A stretch of DNA of 27,400 nt, taken from positions 1 to 27,400 of the IMG/VR virus record IMGVR_UViG_3300030107_000109; one strand, 5' to 3'. The notes below the pieces were generated by a model. The model ran no database searches. It was not told the origin of the DNA and saw only the letters and a list, made by a program, of their open reading frames with translations. Position numbers and translations under genes: made by a program. This DNA is from a virus. Its lineage: Duplodnaviria > Caudoviricetes. Position 1 is the stretch's first letter. Every line of letters begins with the position of its first letter. Positions 15,247-24,254 of this stretch are shown here, piece by piece.

Positions 15247-15945
15247 TTATCCGTTATAAATATAATTGTTTTCTTGAATACTAGCTGTTATACTAGCTGT
15301 TGCCGTTTCGCCTACACTTGAAAGCGTAACAACAGGATTTTCGGTATATCCGTTTCCTGCATAGGTAAGAGTTACACTATCTACAACACCACCTGATATG
15401 GTACAAGTTGCAGTTGCAGGAGTTATGCAATCACCTGTTATTGTTATAGTAGGAGCAGTTGGGTAGCCAATGCCTCCATATGCTATGTTTAAACTGATGA
15501 CCTCTCCACCATTTTGAGTATATTGCACCTCTTCTGTTCCGCTAAGTTCTGATACTAAAACCTTTCCTTTTGTAACTAATCCTTGTACTACACCTCTTCT
15601 TATACTTGCAGGTAGTAATACTGCTAATTCAGTTGATGGTGCTTGTTCATTATCTAATGCTGCAAAAGCCCCCCATGTAACCTCATAAACTTCATATTTC
15701 CAATATCCTGCTGGTTTTAAATCAACACGCCCTAAAAACACATCAGGCACAGCGTTGTAGCTAAATGAGAATTTACTATACCTGTTGTATAATTGCTGCT
15801 CAGGATAAGCGTATTGTACCGCACCACTCATATCATTAGTAAACTTAAACAAATACCTTGTATTAGTATCATTAGCAGTACCAATCCTCACATCCTGAGT
15901 TTGTATGTATGCATGAAAGCTAGAATTTGTTATTGCGTGTATCAT
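15247..15945 (-). CDS. Virion structural protein with GxGY repeat insertion
   Basis: YLFKFTND..GYWKYEVYE core plus two GxGYxxxPxxT repeats. Confidence 0.6.
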   Translation of the reverse strand: MIHAITNSSFHAYIQTQDVRIGTANDTNTRYLFKFTNDMSGAVQYAYPEQQLYNRYSKFSFSYNAVPDVFLGRVDLKPAGYWKYEVYEVTWGAFAALDNEQAPSTELAVLLPASIRRGVVQGLVTKGKVLVSELSGTEEVQYTQNGGEVISLNIAYGGIGYPTAPTITITGDCITPATATCTISGGVVDSVTLTYAGNGYTENPVVTLSSVGETATASITASIQENNYIYNG

Positions 15946-15960
15946 AATTAGTGTACCTAT

Positions 15961-15990
15961 TATATAATAGAAAAAGGTCGTATTTATTTG
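15961..15990 (-). promoter_or_regulatory. Putative phage late promoter (portal/lysis operon)
   Basis: CAAATA-N13-TCTATTATATA, just after a terminator. Confidence 0.75.
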
Positions 15991-15995
15991 CTAAT

Positions 15996-16022
15996 AAAAG
16001 AAAAAGAGGGCATAAAGCCCTC
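15996..16022 (-). terminator. Intrinsic terminator after the major tail gene
   Basis: GAGGGC-TTTAT-GCCCTC-TTTTTCTTTT. Confidence 0.85.
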
Positions 16023-16058
16023 CTAATCAAGAATATATATAAAAACTAATGATAAGTT

Positions 16059-16643
16059 TTATGATGTAGTTATAGATACATTTGTAAATGCTGCATTATC
16101 AAATGGATTTGTAGTATAATCAGCAACCATTGCAAAAGGCTCTGCCTCCATGCCCGATAGTGTAAGATTATAACCGCCTCTATCACCGAAAGCAGCCCCT
16201 GTAACCATAGTTCCTGCATTAAGTTCCATCCCGTTAACAACCCCCATTCCAATAATCACATCATGTCCGTTTGCTAATTGTGCATTTAACTGACAAAATA
16301 CAACTACTTTTGTTGAAGCTAAAAGCTTAATCTCGTGTTGGTCTTCTTTAGTTAGTCTATTTAAAATAACTTCTACTGTTGGCTCATAGAATACAGTTCC
16401 GTTTTCTCTACTACCTGTTATGGTATCAGTAGCTGATGCAACGCCTAATGGCATTGTGTAACGATACAAGCCAGTTCCTGCACCCATCTCAATATCTGTT
16501 ATTTCACCATTAGAAACTACAATACCTGTTCCATCAATAGGTGCTGTAAACTGGTCGTAAACTCCAAAATAAACGTATTTGATGCCACCTGATACTCTAT
16601 TACAATCAAGCCCTCTACCTTTAGTTAAATTAGTACATGCCAT
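16059..16643 (-). CDS. Putative major tail (tube) protein
   Basis: MAC..LTKGR..DC..GGIK, SRENGTVFYE, TGAAFGDRGGYNLTLSG; follows the capsid gene. Confidence 0.7.
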   Translation of the reverse strand: MACTNLTKGRGLDCNRVSGGIKYVYFGVYDQFTAPIDGTGIVVSNGEITDIEMGAGTGLYRYTMPLGVASATDTITGSRENGTVFYEPTVEVILNRLTKEDQHEIKLLASTKVVVFCQLNAQLANGHDVIIGMGVVNGMELNAGTMVTGAAFGDRGGYNLTLSGMEAEPFAMVADYTTNPFDNAAFTNVSITTS

Positions 16644-16663
16644 ATTTTTTTATGTTTTAAAGG

Positions 16664-16700
16664 TTAAAGAGGCGAAGGCCGAAGCCCTCGCATCTGTTAA
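16664..16700 (-). terminator. C(UUCG)G hairpin after the capsid gene; weak terminator or stabiliser
   Basis: GCGAGGGC-TTCG-GCCTTCGC with a poor U-tract. Confidence 0.65.
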
Positions 16701-16709
16701 TTTAGTTTA

Positions 16710-17630
16710 TTAGTGTTGCATTCTTAAAATGTCAGCCCCTATTCCTTGTCTAACACCACCGGAATATCTAGCTACTAAACGCATATTGTCAGAACCATCT
16801 AGGTTAGCCATGTCCATTAGAGTAATTCTAGTTTGGTCGCTTAATAAATCAGTACCAAAGAAAAGATTAGATTTTTCAGCAATAACAAGACCATTATCTC
16901 TCATTCCAGGACAAACAGCGATTTTGTAACCTTCAAATACAGGCTCATAGTCACCATTCATGTTATAAGCATTAACATATCCTAATGTAGATACTGCCGA
17001 AATGTATAAAGAATAAGATTTTGGTGACATATAAATATGTAAATCTTCTTTTCTTAATATAGAAGGTATGTTAGCTGCTAAGTCGGTTGTTGCTGTTTGC
17101 AATTCAGCAATTATAGTAGCTGCGGTAAATGCTCCTGAAGCAGTAGACTGAATAACTGTTGCATCTTGCGCAGGTAGTAAAAGACCTGTTGTAGCTGTCA
17201 TAAATCCTTCAAATTCCCCTGTTGTTGCTGCTGCACCATTCCAAATTGAATTTTCAACGCCATTAGCTATTATTTCCCCCATGTAAGAAATTACATAGTC
17301 CTCAAATGATGGTGGTGGTGGTGCTCCTGCTCCTGCTCTCATTTGTAATGCTTCCCAAGAATCCAATAAAGTTTTCTTACAAAGGTCTAAGTTAATTTGT
17401 AGATTTTTAGGTTCTAAAACCGCTTCTGTTAAAGCAAGTGTACCTGCATCTGTAAAATCACAAGTAGCATCTTTAACTAACCCTGAACCTGCCATTTTTT
17501 GAATGTTAGACTTATATTTGATATTTTCTATCATAGTTAAGAAGTCTAAACTTTTCGCTTCTTTTAGGGCTGCTGAGATATAAAATCCTGCTGCCTTCCC
17601 TGCGAAGTTTGATGTTGTAGTAAACGCCAT
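16710..17630 (-). CDS. Major capsid protein
   Basis: 306 aa after protease and scaffold; LEPKNLQINLDLCK, SNLFFGTDLLSD. Confidence 0.85.
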   Translation of the reverse strand: MAFTTTSNFAGKAAGFYISAALKEAKSLDFLTMIENIKYKSNIQKMAGSGLVKDATCDFTDAGTLALTEAVLEPKNLQINLDLCKKTLLDSWEALQMRAGAGAPPPPSFEDYVISYMGEIIANGVENSIWNGAAATTGEFEGFMTATTGLLLPAQDATVIQSTASGAFTAATIIAELQTATTDLAANIPSILRKEDLHIYMSPKSYSLYISAVSTLGYVNAYNMNGDYEPVFEGYKIAVCPGMRDNGLVIAEKSNLFFGTDLLSDQTRITLMDMANLDGSDNMRLVARYSGGVRQGIGADILRMQH

Positions 17631-17654
17631 AATTTTTGTTTTTTATTTGTTAAT

Positions 17655-18371
17655 TTATTTATTTAAGTTGTATAAAAATTTTTCTTGCCTAGAAAGTTTG
17701 CTGTATTCTTTTTTAGATAATACAGGTTTTTCTGAGCTAAATTTGTTTGTGTTAATTGGAGCATCAGCAGGACTTGCCGCTAATTCCGTTTTTAACTTTT
17801 CGTTTTCAGCTTTTAATTTTTCTATTTCATCTTCTGCTGAAAATTCTACTACTTCTGTTGTTTTAATAGATTTAGGGCTTGTAGATGGTTCTGCTGTTTC
17901 TTCTGCCATCTCTTCTACATCACCTGTTTCACCTATCTCTCTTTTAAGGTCAGCCACAGCATCCTCCAAGTTTTTTATTCTTTTCTCCATACCTTGCCAA
18001 TCTGCAACATCTGCCTCATCATGCTCATCATAATCATCTTTATCATCTTCTTTTGCCATTTCTTCCTTTTCTTCTGCTAAATCATCTGCTGTGTCCTCTT
18101 CCTCTGTTTCTGATTCTAAAACAGAATCCACTACCCCCTCCTCAGAAACTCTAAATGATACACCAGTATCTGTTTTGTAAGTTCCGATAGGCAATAGGAT
18201 TGTGGTGCCATCTTCTAATAGTACTGATACGTCCACACCTGCTTCTAGTTCTTCAGCAGTAGAAACGAAAATAGTTCCACCATCTTCTGACTTAGACTGC
18301 CATCCTAATTTAATTTCTTCCTCAGCTTTGTTTAGGCCAAGTGCTACTAATATTTGTTCTTTAATATCCAT
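17655..18371 (-). CDS. Capsid scaffolding protein
   Basis: Highly acidic coiled-coil protein between protease and capsid genes. Confidence 0.75.
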   Translation of the reverse strand: MDIKEQILVALGLNKAEEEIKLGWQSKSEDGGTIFVSTAEELEAGVDVSVLLEDGTTILLPIGTYKTDTGVSFRVSEEGVVDSVLESETEEEDTADDLAEEKEEMAKEDDKDDYDEHDEADVADWQGMEKRIKNLEDAVADLKREIGETGDVEEMAEETAEPSTSPKSIKTTEVVEFSAEDEIEKLKAENEKLKTELAASPADAPINTNKFSSEKPVLSKKEYSKLSRQEKFLYNLNK

Positions 18372-18392
18372 GATTAATGTTTTAGGTTCTGT

Positions 18393-18422
18393 TATATAAT
18401 AGATTTATTTTGAGTTTGTTTG
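18393..18422 (-). promoter_or_regulatory. Putative phage late promoter (scaffold/capsid)
   Basis: CAAACA-N13-TCTATTATATA. Confidence 0.75.
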
Positions 18423-19124
18423 ATTTTCACGTATTATCTCATTTAAAGCTGATAGTATTTCTTCATCTGTTGGTGTTCTCTCTGACATCTTAGCCATCTT
18501 ATCTGTAAAGTAGCCCTCTATACTAAGCCCTTTTAATTTACCCTCTTTAATTTCTCTCCAAAGTTCATCATTTGTTATTTTCATTTTAACAAACCACGTG
18601 CCATTAGGCAAATCATAGCCATATAATTTAGATTTATCACTATCTCCCTCTTTTATCCATGATTCTACTGTTAGAACGCCTGATACTCTTTCGTTGTGTT
18701 CATGAGTAGCTTTGTGATGATTGTTATGTTTTAAATATAACTCACTAGCCTTGCGTACTGTTTCAGGGCGAAAAAAAACATAATACTCAGAGTCTGTATT
18801 AGGGTCATATCTAAATATATGTTTGTTAGGTATTAATGCAGGACTAACTAGCATTCTTTTTTCTTCATCTACCTTAGCAAAGGTTAGATTATTTTTTTCT
18901 TTACCAAAAAACACAAAATCCTGTTCTATTGCAGGAGAGTTTACTAAGCTAATAGCATCAATAGCTAACTCCTCACTATCATCTGCAATTACAAGCTCTA
19001 CAATTGATGTAGTTTTTTCGTAATAGTCTTTGTTTGCGGCTTCACATTCAGCTATTGAATCGTACTCACAGCTTCCTGTTTTTCCCCATTTTACTTTTCC
19101 ATTTTCACATTCTTCACACGGCAT
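18405..19124 (-). CDS. Prohead protease (XkdF-like)
   Basis: AISLVNSPAIE, ALIPNK, VESWI, LPNGTWF, GLSIEGYF. Confidence 0.87.
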   Translation of the reverse strand: MPCEECENGKVKWGKTGSCEYDSIAECEAANKDYYEKTTSIVELVIADDSEELAIDAISLVNSPAIEQDFVFFGKEKNNLTFAKVDEEKRMLVSPALIPNKHIFRYDPNTDSEYYVFFRPETVRKASELYLKHNNHHKATHEHNERVSGVLTVESWIKEGDSDKSKLYGYDLPNGTWFVKMKITNDELWREIKEGKLKGLSIEGYFTDKMAKMSERTPTDEEILSALNEIIRENQTNSK

Positions 19125-19126
19125 AT

Positions 19127-19156
19127 TATATAATAGATTTAGTTAATAATTATTTG
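19127..19156 (-). promoter_or_regulatory. Putative phage late promoter (protease)
   Basis: CAAATA-N13-TCTATTATATA, 2 nt before the ATG. Confidence 0.75.
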
Positions 19157-19160
19157 ATTT

Positions 19161-20621
19161 TTATATTGTAGCTTGTCGCCTAATGTTAGCTAATTGGTCT
19201 TGCGAATTAGTCATTTCATCAGTTACAACAAACGCTTTCATAGGCTCTGGTGCTAATCCACCACCTAATTCAAAAGCCCCTGACATCATTTGTGGTGCAG
19301 GTGTTGTTGGCACCATTTCAGGGCTTCCACCGCTTCCACCGCTTGCACTTGGGGGCGAACCAGATGCAATTTTAGCAATATTTGTAGCTGCAAACCCTGC
19401 TGCTAAAGCTGCCATTGTAATGGGATAAGCCCCAAAAGAACCTGCTGTTGCTCCTATATTAGCATTAGCGGCATTAAAGGCATTAATAACAGATTGTGTA
19501 CCTGCAATTGTAGCCTGAGCAATTGCCGCCGCTTTAGCTATTGCAGTACCCTCACCTGCTGCCTGTTTTGCTAACTCTAATCCAGTATTTACAGAGTCAA
19601 TTTTAAATTGTTCTATTCCTAATGACAATTCCTTTTGGTCATCAGCGTTATTTTCTAAACTTTCAAAATATTCATTGTTTGCCTGTATAAGTTCATCATT
19701 TACTTTTGCAACTAAAGCAGGCATTAATGTTAAATCCTTAGTCCTTTCAATATTTTGGGCTTTCTCCTTTTCAAATGCGGCATCTCTTTTAGCCTGTGCC
19801 TCAGCTTCAATAGCATTGATTTTGTTGTTTAATTCTATTTGCTTTGTTGTACTTTCTTGTTGTATGTTTGCTAAATCAATTCTTAACTGAGCCTCTGCAT
19901 CTAAATCACTTTCTAAAAATTCATTATCTACTTTTCTAGTTTCCATTCGCTCCCTTTGTATCCTTAAATCCTCTTCAGCGTTTGCAATCCTCCTGTCTAG
20001 CAAATCATTTTCTATTTTAAATGCATCTTTTGCTGCCTCTAATCTTTCTTGCGTGGATTTGGTAACATCCTCTGCTATTAATTTTAACCTTTCAATCTCT
20101 GCCCTTTGCTCTGCTGTTTCTACGTTTAATTCTCTCTGGCTATCTTTTAATTTTTGAAAAGCTTTTGTTAACAAAATGGTTTTTGCTGTATCATTTGCTA
20201 TTTCTGTTCCAATGTCTGAAAATGCACCTTTAACACCCTCTAAAGCCCCTTTTGCATCTCCTGTAAAAAGCTTAACGATTGCACCTCCTAATTGAGATGC
20301 CCTATCAACAATCACGTTAAATGCTGCTCCTAATGCTGCCATTGCAACTTGTAGCTGTTCTGCTCCTTTTTTAGTGTTTGTAAAATATGATACTAAAGAA
20401 CCAATAGCTACCACAAAAGCGCCAATACCAGTTGATGTAAGACCTGCTTTAATAGAGCTAAACATCATCTTTGCTTGACTTCCTGCTGAAACAAACCCTG
20501 CTTTTACAGAGTTTAACGAAACTCCTAAAATTTGAAACTCACCTGCCGCATCAGATACATCCTTTCCCAACTGCCCTACATCTGATTTTACTTCTGCTTC
20601 TATTACTATTTTATCTGCCAT
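19161..20621 (-). CDS. Short tape measure protein
   Basis: STGIGAFVVAIGSL hydrophobic segment, long coiled coil, Ala-rich C-terminus. Confidence 0.75.
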   Translation of the reverse strand: MADKIVIEAEVKSDVGQLGKDVSDAAGEFQILGVSLNSVKAGFVSAGSQAKMMFSSIKAGLTSTGIGAFVVAIGSLVSYFTNTKKGAEQLQVAMAALGAAFNVIVDRASQLGGAIVKLFTGDAKGALEGVKGAFSDIGTEIANDTAKTILLTKAFQKLKDSQRELNVETAEQRAEIERLKLIAEDVTKSTQERLEAAKDAFKIENDLLDRRIANAEEDLRIQRERMETRKVDNEFLESDLDAEAQLRIDLANIQQESTTKQIELNNKINAIEAEAQAKRDAAFEKEKAQNIERTKDLTLMPALVAKVNDELIQANNEYFESLENNADDQKELSLGIEQFKIDSVNTGLELAKQAAGEGTAIAKAAAIAQATIAGTQSVINAFNAANANIGATAGSFGAYPITMAALAAGFAATNIAKIASGSPPSASGGSGGSPEMVPTTPAPQMMSGAFELGGGLAPEPMKAFVVTDEMTNSQDQLANIRRQATI

Positions 20622-20631
20622 ATCTTTTTAT

Positions 20632-21480
20632 TTATAGTGCTACTCCTGTTTTTATTTGTGTGAAAGTTACATTTAATGCCCATTCTAAAGTCATATTATT
20701 AGTTCCTTTTATTTGTAACAAAAAATTAGTTCCTGAAACCGCCCCTGTTGGCTGCCATCCTGTTGTAGTACCTGAGCCTTTGATTGTATCTCTTTCTCTT
20801 TCTATGCTTAGTGTTCCTGACTTGTTAATTACAACGCCACGCTCTACCCATGATTTATAATCGCCAACTGCTCCTGAGCCGCTAGTACCGCCAACTCTAA
20901 CAGCTACACAATCAGCATGAAAATACATTATAGTATTATCAGGTACTACTACAAACGAATCTGTTGTGTTGTTTAAATAAGAATTTACAGTATTGCCATC
21001 TGTTGTCTGCCCACCATATAATAATTGAACACTTTGCCTTTTACCTAAAACGTCTGATGTAGCATTACCCCCTATAACAAAAGAGTTCGTTTCTCTAACC
21101 TCTCCTAAAGTGCCAAATACAGCAGTATTATCTACCTGTTTAGTAATTTGGTTTCTACTACCTACTAAAATGTTATTTCTTGACACATCAATAACCTCAT
21201 TATTCTCACCCATTATATAGGTGTTGTTAGTGCCTACTCCTGTTACATTTTGCGAACCTTGTACGTTGTTATTTTCGTTGTTTAGATTTACACTTAAATT
21301 AGAGCTATATTTAAAAGCCTCACAAACCCCTGTTGTTGGGTTGTAGGTATATCCATAGGCTTCGCATTGTCTTTGGTTAGGAACTATCTCATTCCTACCA
21401 TCTGTAAATGTTACAACTCCTGTTCCGCTAATCTTTGCAGGTTTTATTGCAAATCCTGTTATGTAAGGTATTGTTGCCAT
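20632..21480 (-). CDS. Putative tail fibre/spike protein
   Basis: Asn/Gly-rich GxxNxV beta-helix-like repeats and a C-terminal beta domain. Confidence 0.6.
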   Translation of the reverse strand: MATIPYITGFAIKPAKISGTGVVTFTDGRNEIVPNQRQCEAYGYTYNPTTGVCEAFKYSSNLSVNLNNENNNVQGSQNVTGVGTNNTYIMGENNEVIDVSRNNILVGSRNQITKQVDNTAVFGTLGEVRETNSFVIGGNATSDVLGKRQSVQLLYGGQTTDGNTVNSYLNNTTDSFVVVPDNTIMYFHADCVAVRVGGTSGSGAVGDYKSWVERGVVINKSGTLSIERERDTIKGSGTTTGWQPTGAVSGTNFLLQIKGTNNMTLEWALNVTFTQIKTGVAL

Positions 21481-24254
21481 TATATAATAAGTATAAATTC
21501 TACTGTTGCTAAATCGCCTGGTTTGTAATCTATTTTGTTTACTCTATATTCTCTATTTTTGATAAATACATTGTCAAAAAAATTAAAGCTGTTCATATCG
21601 CCTGGAGTTAGATTTACTTTTAATGTCATAGTCCTTGTATCTGCATTATACAACTCATTATAATAAGGTAGCCAATAAAGATAGAATAGGTTGTTTGTTG
21701 TTGCGTTTCCTATTGGGTTTATTAACTGGCAATCTCCAAAATGGAAATCATTTGTATCTGTAACAGCAGGAGGAATAGTTGTTATAGTTGGTATATCTGT
21801 TAAATGGCTAAATTGTAAAAAGTCAGTCATTTGCTCTCCTGCTTCTGTATTTTGAGCAGGTATATAATATGTGCAAGATGTTAAAGTCTTTACACCATTG
21901 TTATACATGATTCTAGGGCTGTTTGCAAACCCTTGAGATGTTCCATCATCAGCATTATAAGAGTATATTGCAGGTGTAATAAAATCAGGAAATTGAGTCA
22001 TTAAAGGCTTTGGTACTGTTGCTGCAAATGGCTCTGCTATTATTTCTTCCTCTCCTGTTAATATTGTAGGGAATCCATTTCCTGACAATGAAGCATCAAA
22101 AAGTTTAGAGCCATATAAATGCCCCTCAGTATAAACTCCATTTACTGACTGCTTGTAAACATTAAAAACATAATCATCTTCATCTTCTACAAATTTAAAA
22201 GTCGTTAATCTTTTTAAATCTGTTAAGGGTGTTAATTTAATTTCTTCTACATCTATTTTGCTAGTCCAATCTAATTGCTTACTATTAGCGTTGTTTAAGA
22301 ATATATCATTATAAGGCTCTATTAATATATTGTTAGGATTTGATTTATCAGGTATTGAAACTAAGTTAAACATTGTCATTATACCCTTTATTAGTTCCCA
22401 TTGTGACAATTCGCCACGTTCTTTTATTAATAAAGATTCTACTGTTGCTGCGTGGTTGTTATATGATACATCAAAAAATGACGTTGTTCCTGTTGAAACT
22501 CTTACATCCCCTGCATTACTATCCTGTTTAGCAACAGGCATTAAAAACTCGCCAGGATTTAATATTGTATCAAAAGTAACATTTAAGGCACCTGAGCCTA
22601 ATGGTGCAATATCTACATTAACAACTTCAAAATATTCAATTACAGCCCCACCCTGATTGTACCTACCAAAAGCCATAGTAGAACTTCTAGTTTGCAATGA
22701 ACTTGTATTTTCTAATTGTATTCTTACTGAGCCTGACACCTCTAAATTAGCTACATCAGAAGTAAATCTGTGGTTAGCGTATAAGGCGTTGTTTCCACTT
22801 ACAAAAGTTTGTAGTTGCACAGGCTCAAATGATTGAGTCATGTTTTGTATTGTAGATAAATCCGATTCTCTTTTTAGCGTATCTGTTCTATCAGGAGCCG
22901 CCCCATGGTTCTGTTCGCCCCAGTTAAAGTCTATATATAATTCCTTAAATTCATCAGTATTAAAAAACTCACTTGTATAGCTAAATGGAGAGCCTGTTTG
23001 ATAAAAAATTCTATCTATTAAATACTTAGCTTGAATAAAAGGCCTAAAGCCCTGCTCTAATAGTGTTAATTCAGGGTCACCTAATGTAGCACCTGAGCCT
23101 GTTGAACCATTAGCTACCAACATTTGATGGTTCCAATCACAAAACGGATATTTTACTGTGCTATAATCATCTCTAAATCCTGATGCATTAGAATTAGTAT
23201 AAGCAATCCCTGTTCCTGATGTGTTCCAACTATTTTTAATATTTGATTTTACATAGTCATGCTGTAACTCTTCAAATCCTAAATCTGCTAATGTAGCCTC
23301 ACCTAACATGTCTGCTAAGGCTATCACTTCAGAATATAAGTTGACATTGTAGCTTATCTCGCCCTGCTTTTCTTGTATGTCTATTAATCTTAAATAGCCC
23401 TCAAATAAAATAAATCCATCCTGCTTTAAAATACTTTTAGTTTTAACATATGGATTAAATACTAGCCCTGTTGTAGAACGTGTTACCTCAAAAATATTAT
23501 CAAATATTAAATTATTCTTTTTAGTGCCTGGCAGCTTAAAAGCCTTAGAATAAGATTGTACCTGCTCTGCTGCATTTTTAAAATCATCAACACTTAAAGT
23601 TAATGGTATATTTTCATCTTCGTACAGGTCACATATAACCTGCCCATCTTCTAATTGATAAGTTGTAGTTGTAGTTCCTGCACCTTGTTGTAGTACCGAT
23701 ATGCTGTTAATTAGTAAATTACCTGCTACTGCACTTTGCGAAGATATGCTAATTGTATTATCAGAGGCAGTTGCTGTAAACGTACAAGTATAGGTGCCTA
23801 CTGTAATTGGTGCAGCAAACTGTTGTATTGCAATTTGTGTTGAGCCATCATAAGCCCTAATGTCTAAACTTTCATTATTAACAGAACCAACATCTACTGT
23901 AATATCATAATTTTGCCCTATTGTCAAGCCTGAAAGTCTTTGATATACTCCTGTCATTGTAGTAGCGGCAGAAGAGTTTAAAACTAATGTGCTACCAACA
24001 TTGCTAGGGTAGGCAGCCTGTGGTGCTAACAAAGGTGTTCTAAATCTATACCATGAATTTATAATAGAGGGCGGTGCTGCCGCAATAATTCCAGGCGGAT
24101 AATTTGTAACCTGCTCGTATGTCGGTGCTGAATTTATAGTACTAAAATTCATACCATCTACAACAAACTCAGTAGAGCTAATAGTATAAGTATTGGTTGT
24201 AGTGTTATACTGCCCTGTATAAGATTGTGGATATAATATTAGTTGCGTGTTCAT
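21480..24254 (-). CDS. Large tail-tip protein with N-terminal CBM-like domain
   Basis: CDLYEDENIPLTLS..YSKAFKLPG..N tail motif, C-terminal YRVNKIDY; QRLSGLTIGQNY..TFTATA CBM-like segment. Confidence 0.7.
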   Translation of the reverse strand: MNTQLILYPQSYTGQYNTTTNTYTISSTEFVVDGMNFSTINSAPTYEQVTNYPPGIIAAAPPSIINSWYRFRTPLLAPQAAYPSNVGSTLVLNSSAATTMTGVYQRLSGLTIGQNYDITVDVGSVNNESLDIRAYDGSTQIAIQQFAAPITVGTYTCTFTATASDNTISISSQSAVAGNLLINSISVLQQGAGTTTTTYQLEDGQVICDLYEDENIPLTLSVDDFKNAAEQVQSYSKAFKLPGTKKNNLIFDNIFEVTRSTTGLVFNPYVKTKSILKQDGFILFEGYLRLIDIQEKQGEISYNVNLYSEVIALADMLGEATLADLGFEELQHDYVKSNIKNSWNTSGTGIAYTNSNASGFRDDYSTVKYPFCDWNHQMLVANGSTGSGATLGDPELTLLEQGFRPFIQAKYLIDRIFYQTGSPFSYTSEFFNTDEFKELYIDFNWGEQNHGAAPDRTDTLKRESDLSTIQNMTQSFEPVQLQTFVSGNNALYANHRFTSDVANLEVSGSVRIQLENTSSLQTRSSTMAFGRYNQGGAVIEYFEVVNVDIAPLGSGALNVTFDTILNPGEFLMPVAKQDSNAGDVRVSTGTTSFFDVSYNNHAATVESLLIKERGELSQWELIKGIMTMFNLVSIPDKSNPNNILIEPYNDIFLNNANSKQLDWTSKIDVEEIKLTPLTDLKRLTTFKFVEDEDDYVFNVYKQSVNGVYTEGHLYGSKLFDASLSGNGFPTILTGEEEIIAEPFAATVPKPLMTQFPDFITPAIYSYNADDGTSQGFANSPRIMYNNGVKTLTSCTYYIPAQNTEAGEQMTDFLQFSHLTDIPTITTIPPAVTDTNDFHFGDCQLINPIGNATTNNLFYLYWLPYYNELYNADTRTMTLKVNLTPGDMNSFNFFDNVFIKNREYRVNKIDYKPGDLATVEFILII

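Noticed and set aside
16070-16252. 60-aa alternative-frame ORF within the tail-tube gene as a frameshift extension
   Set aside because: It ends before the main stop and no slippery site was seen
21481-21491. Sixth late-promoter copy (CTTATTATATA before the tail-fibre ATG)
   Set aside because: Only a 9/11 match, no CAAA box at the right spacing, and explained by the codons L-I-I-stop
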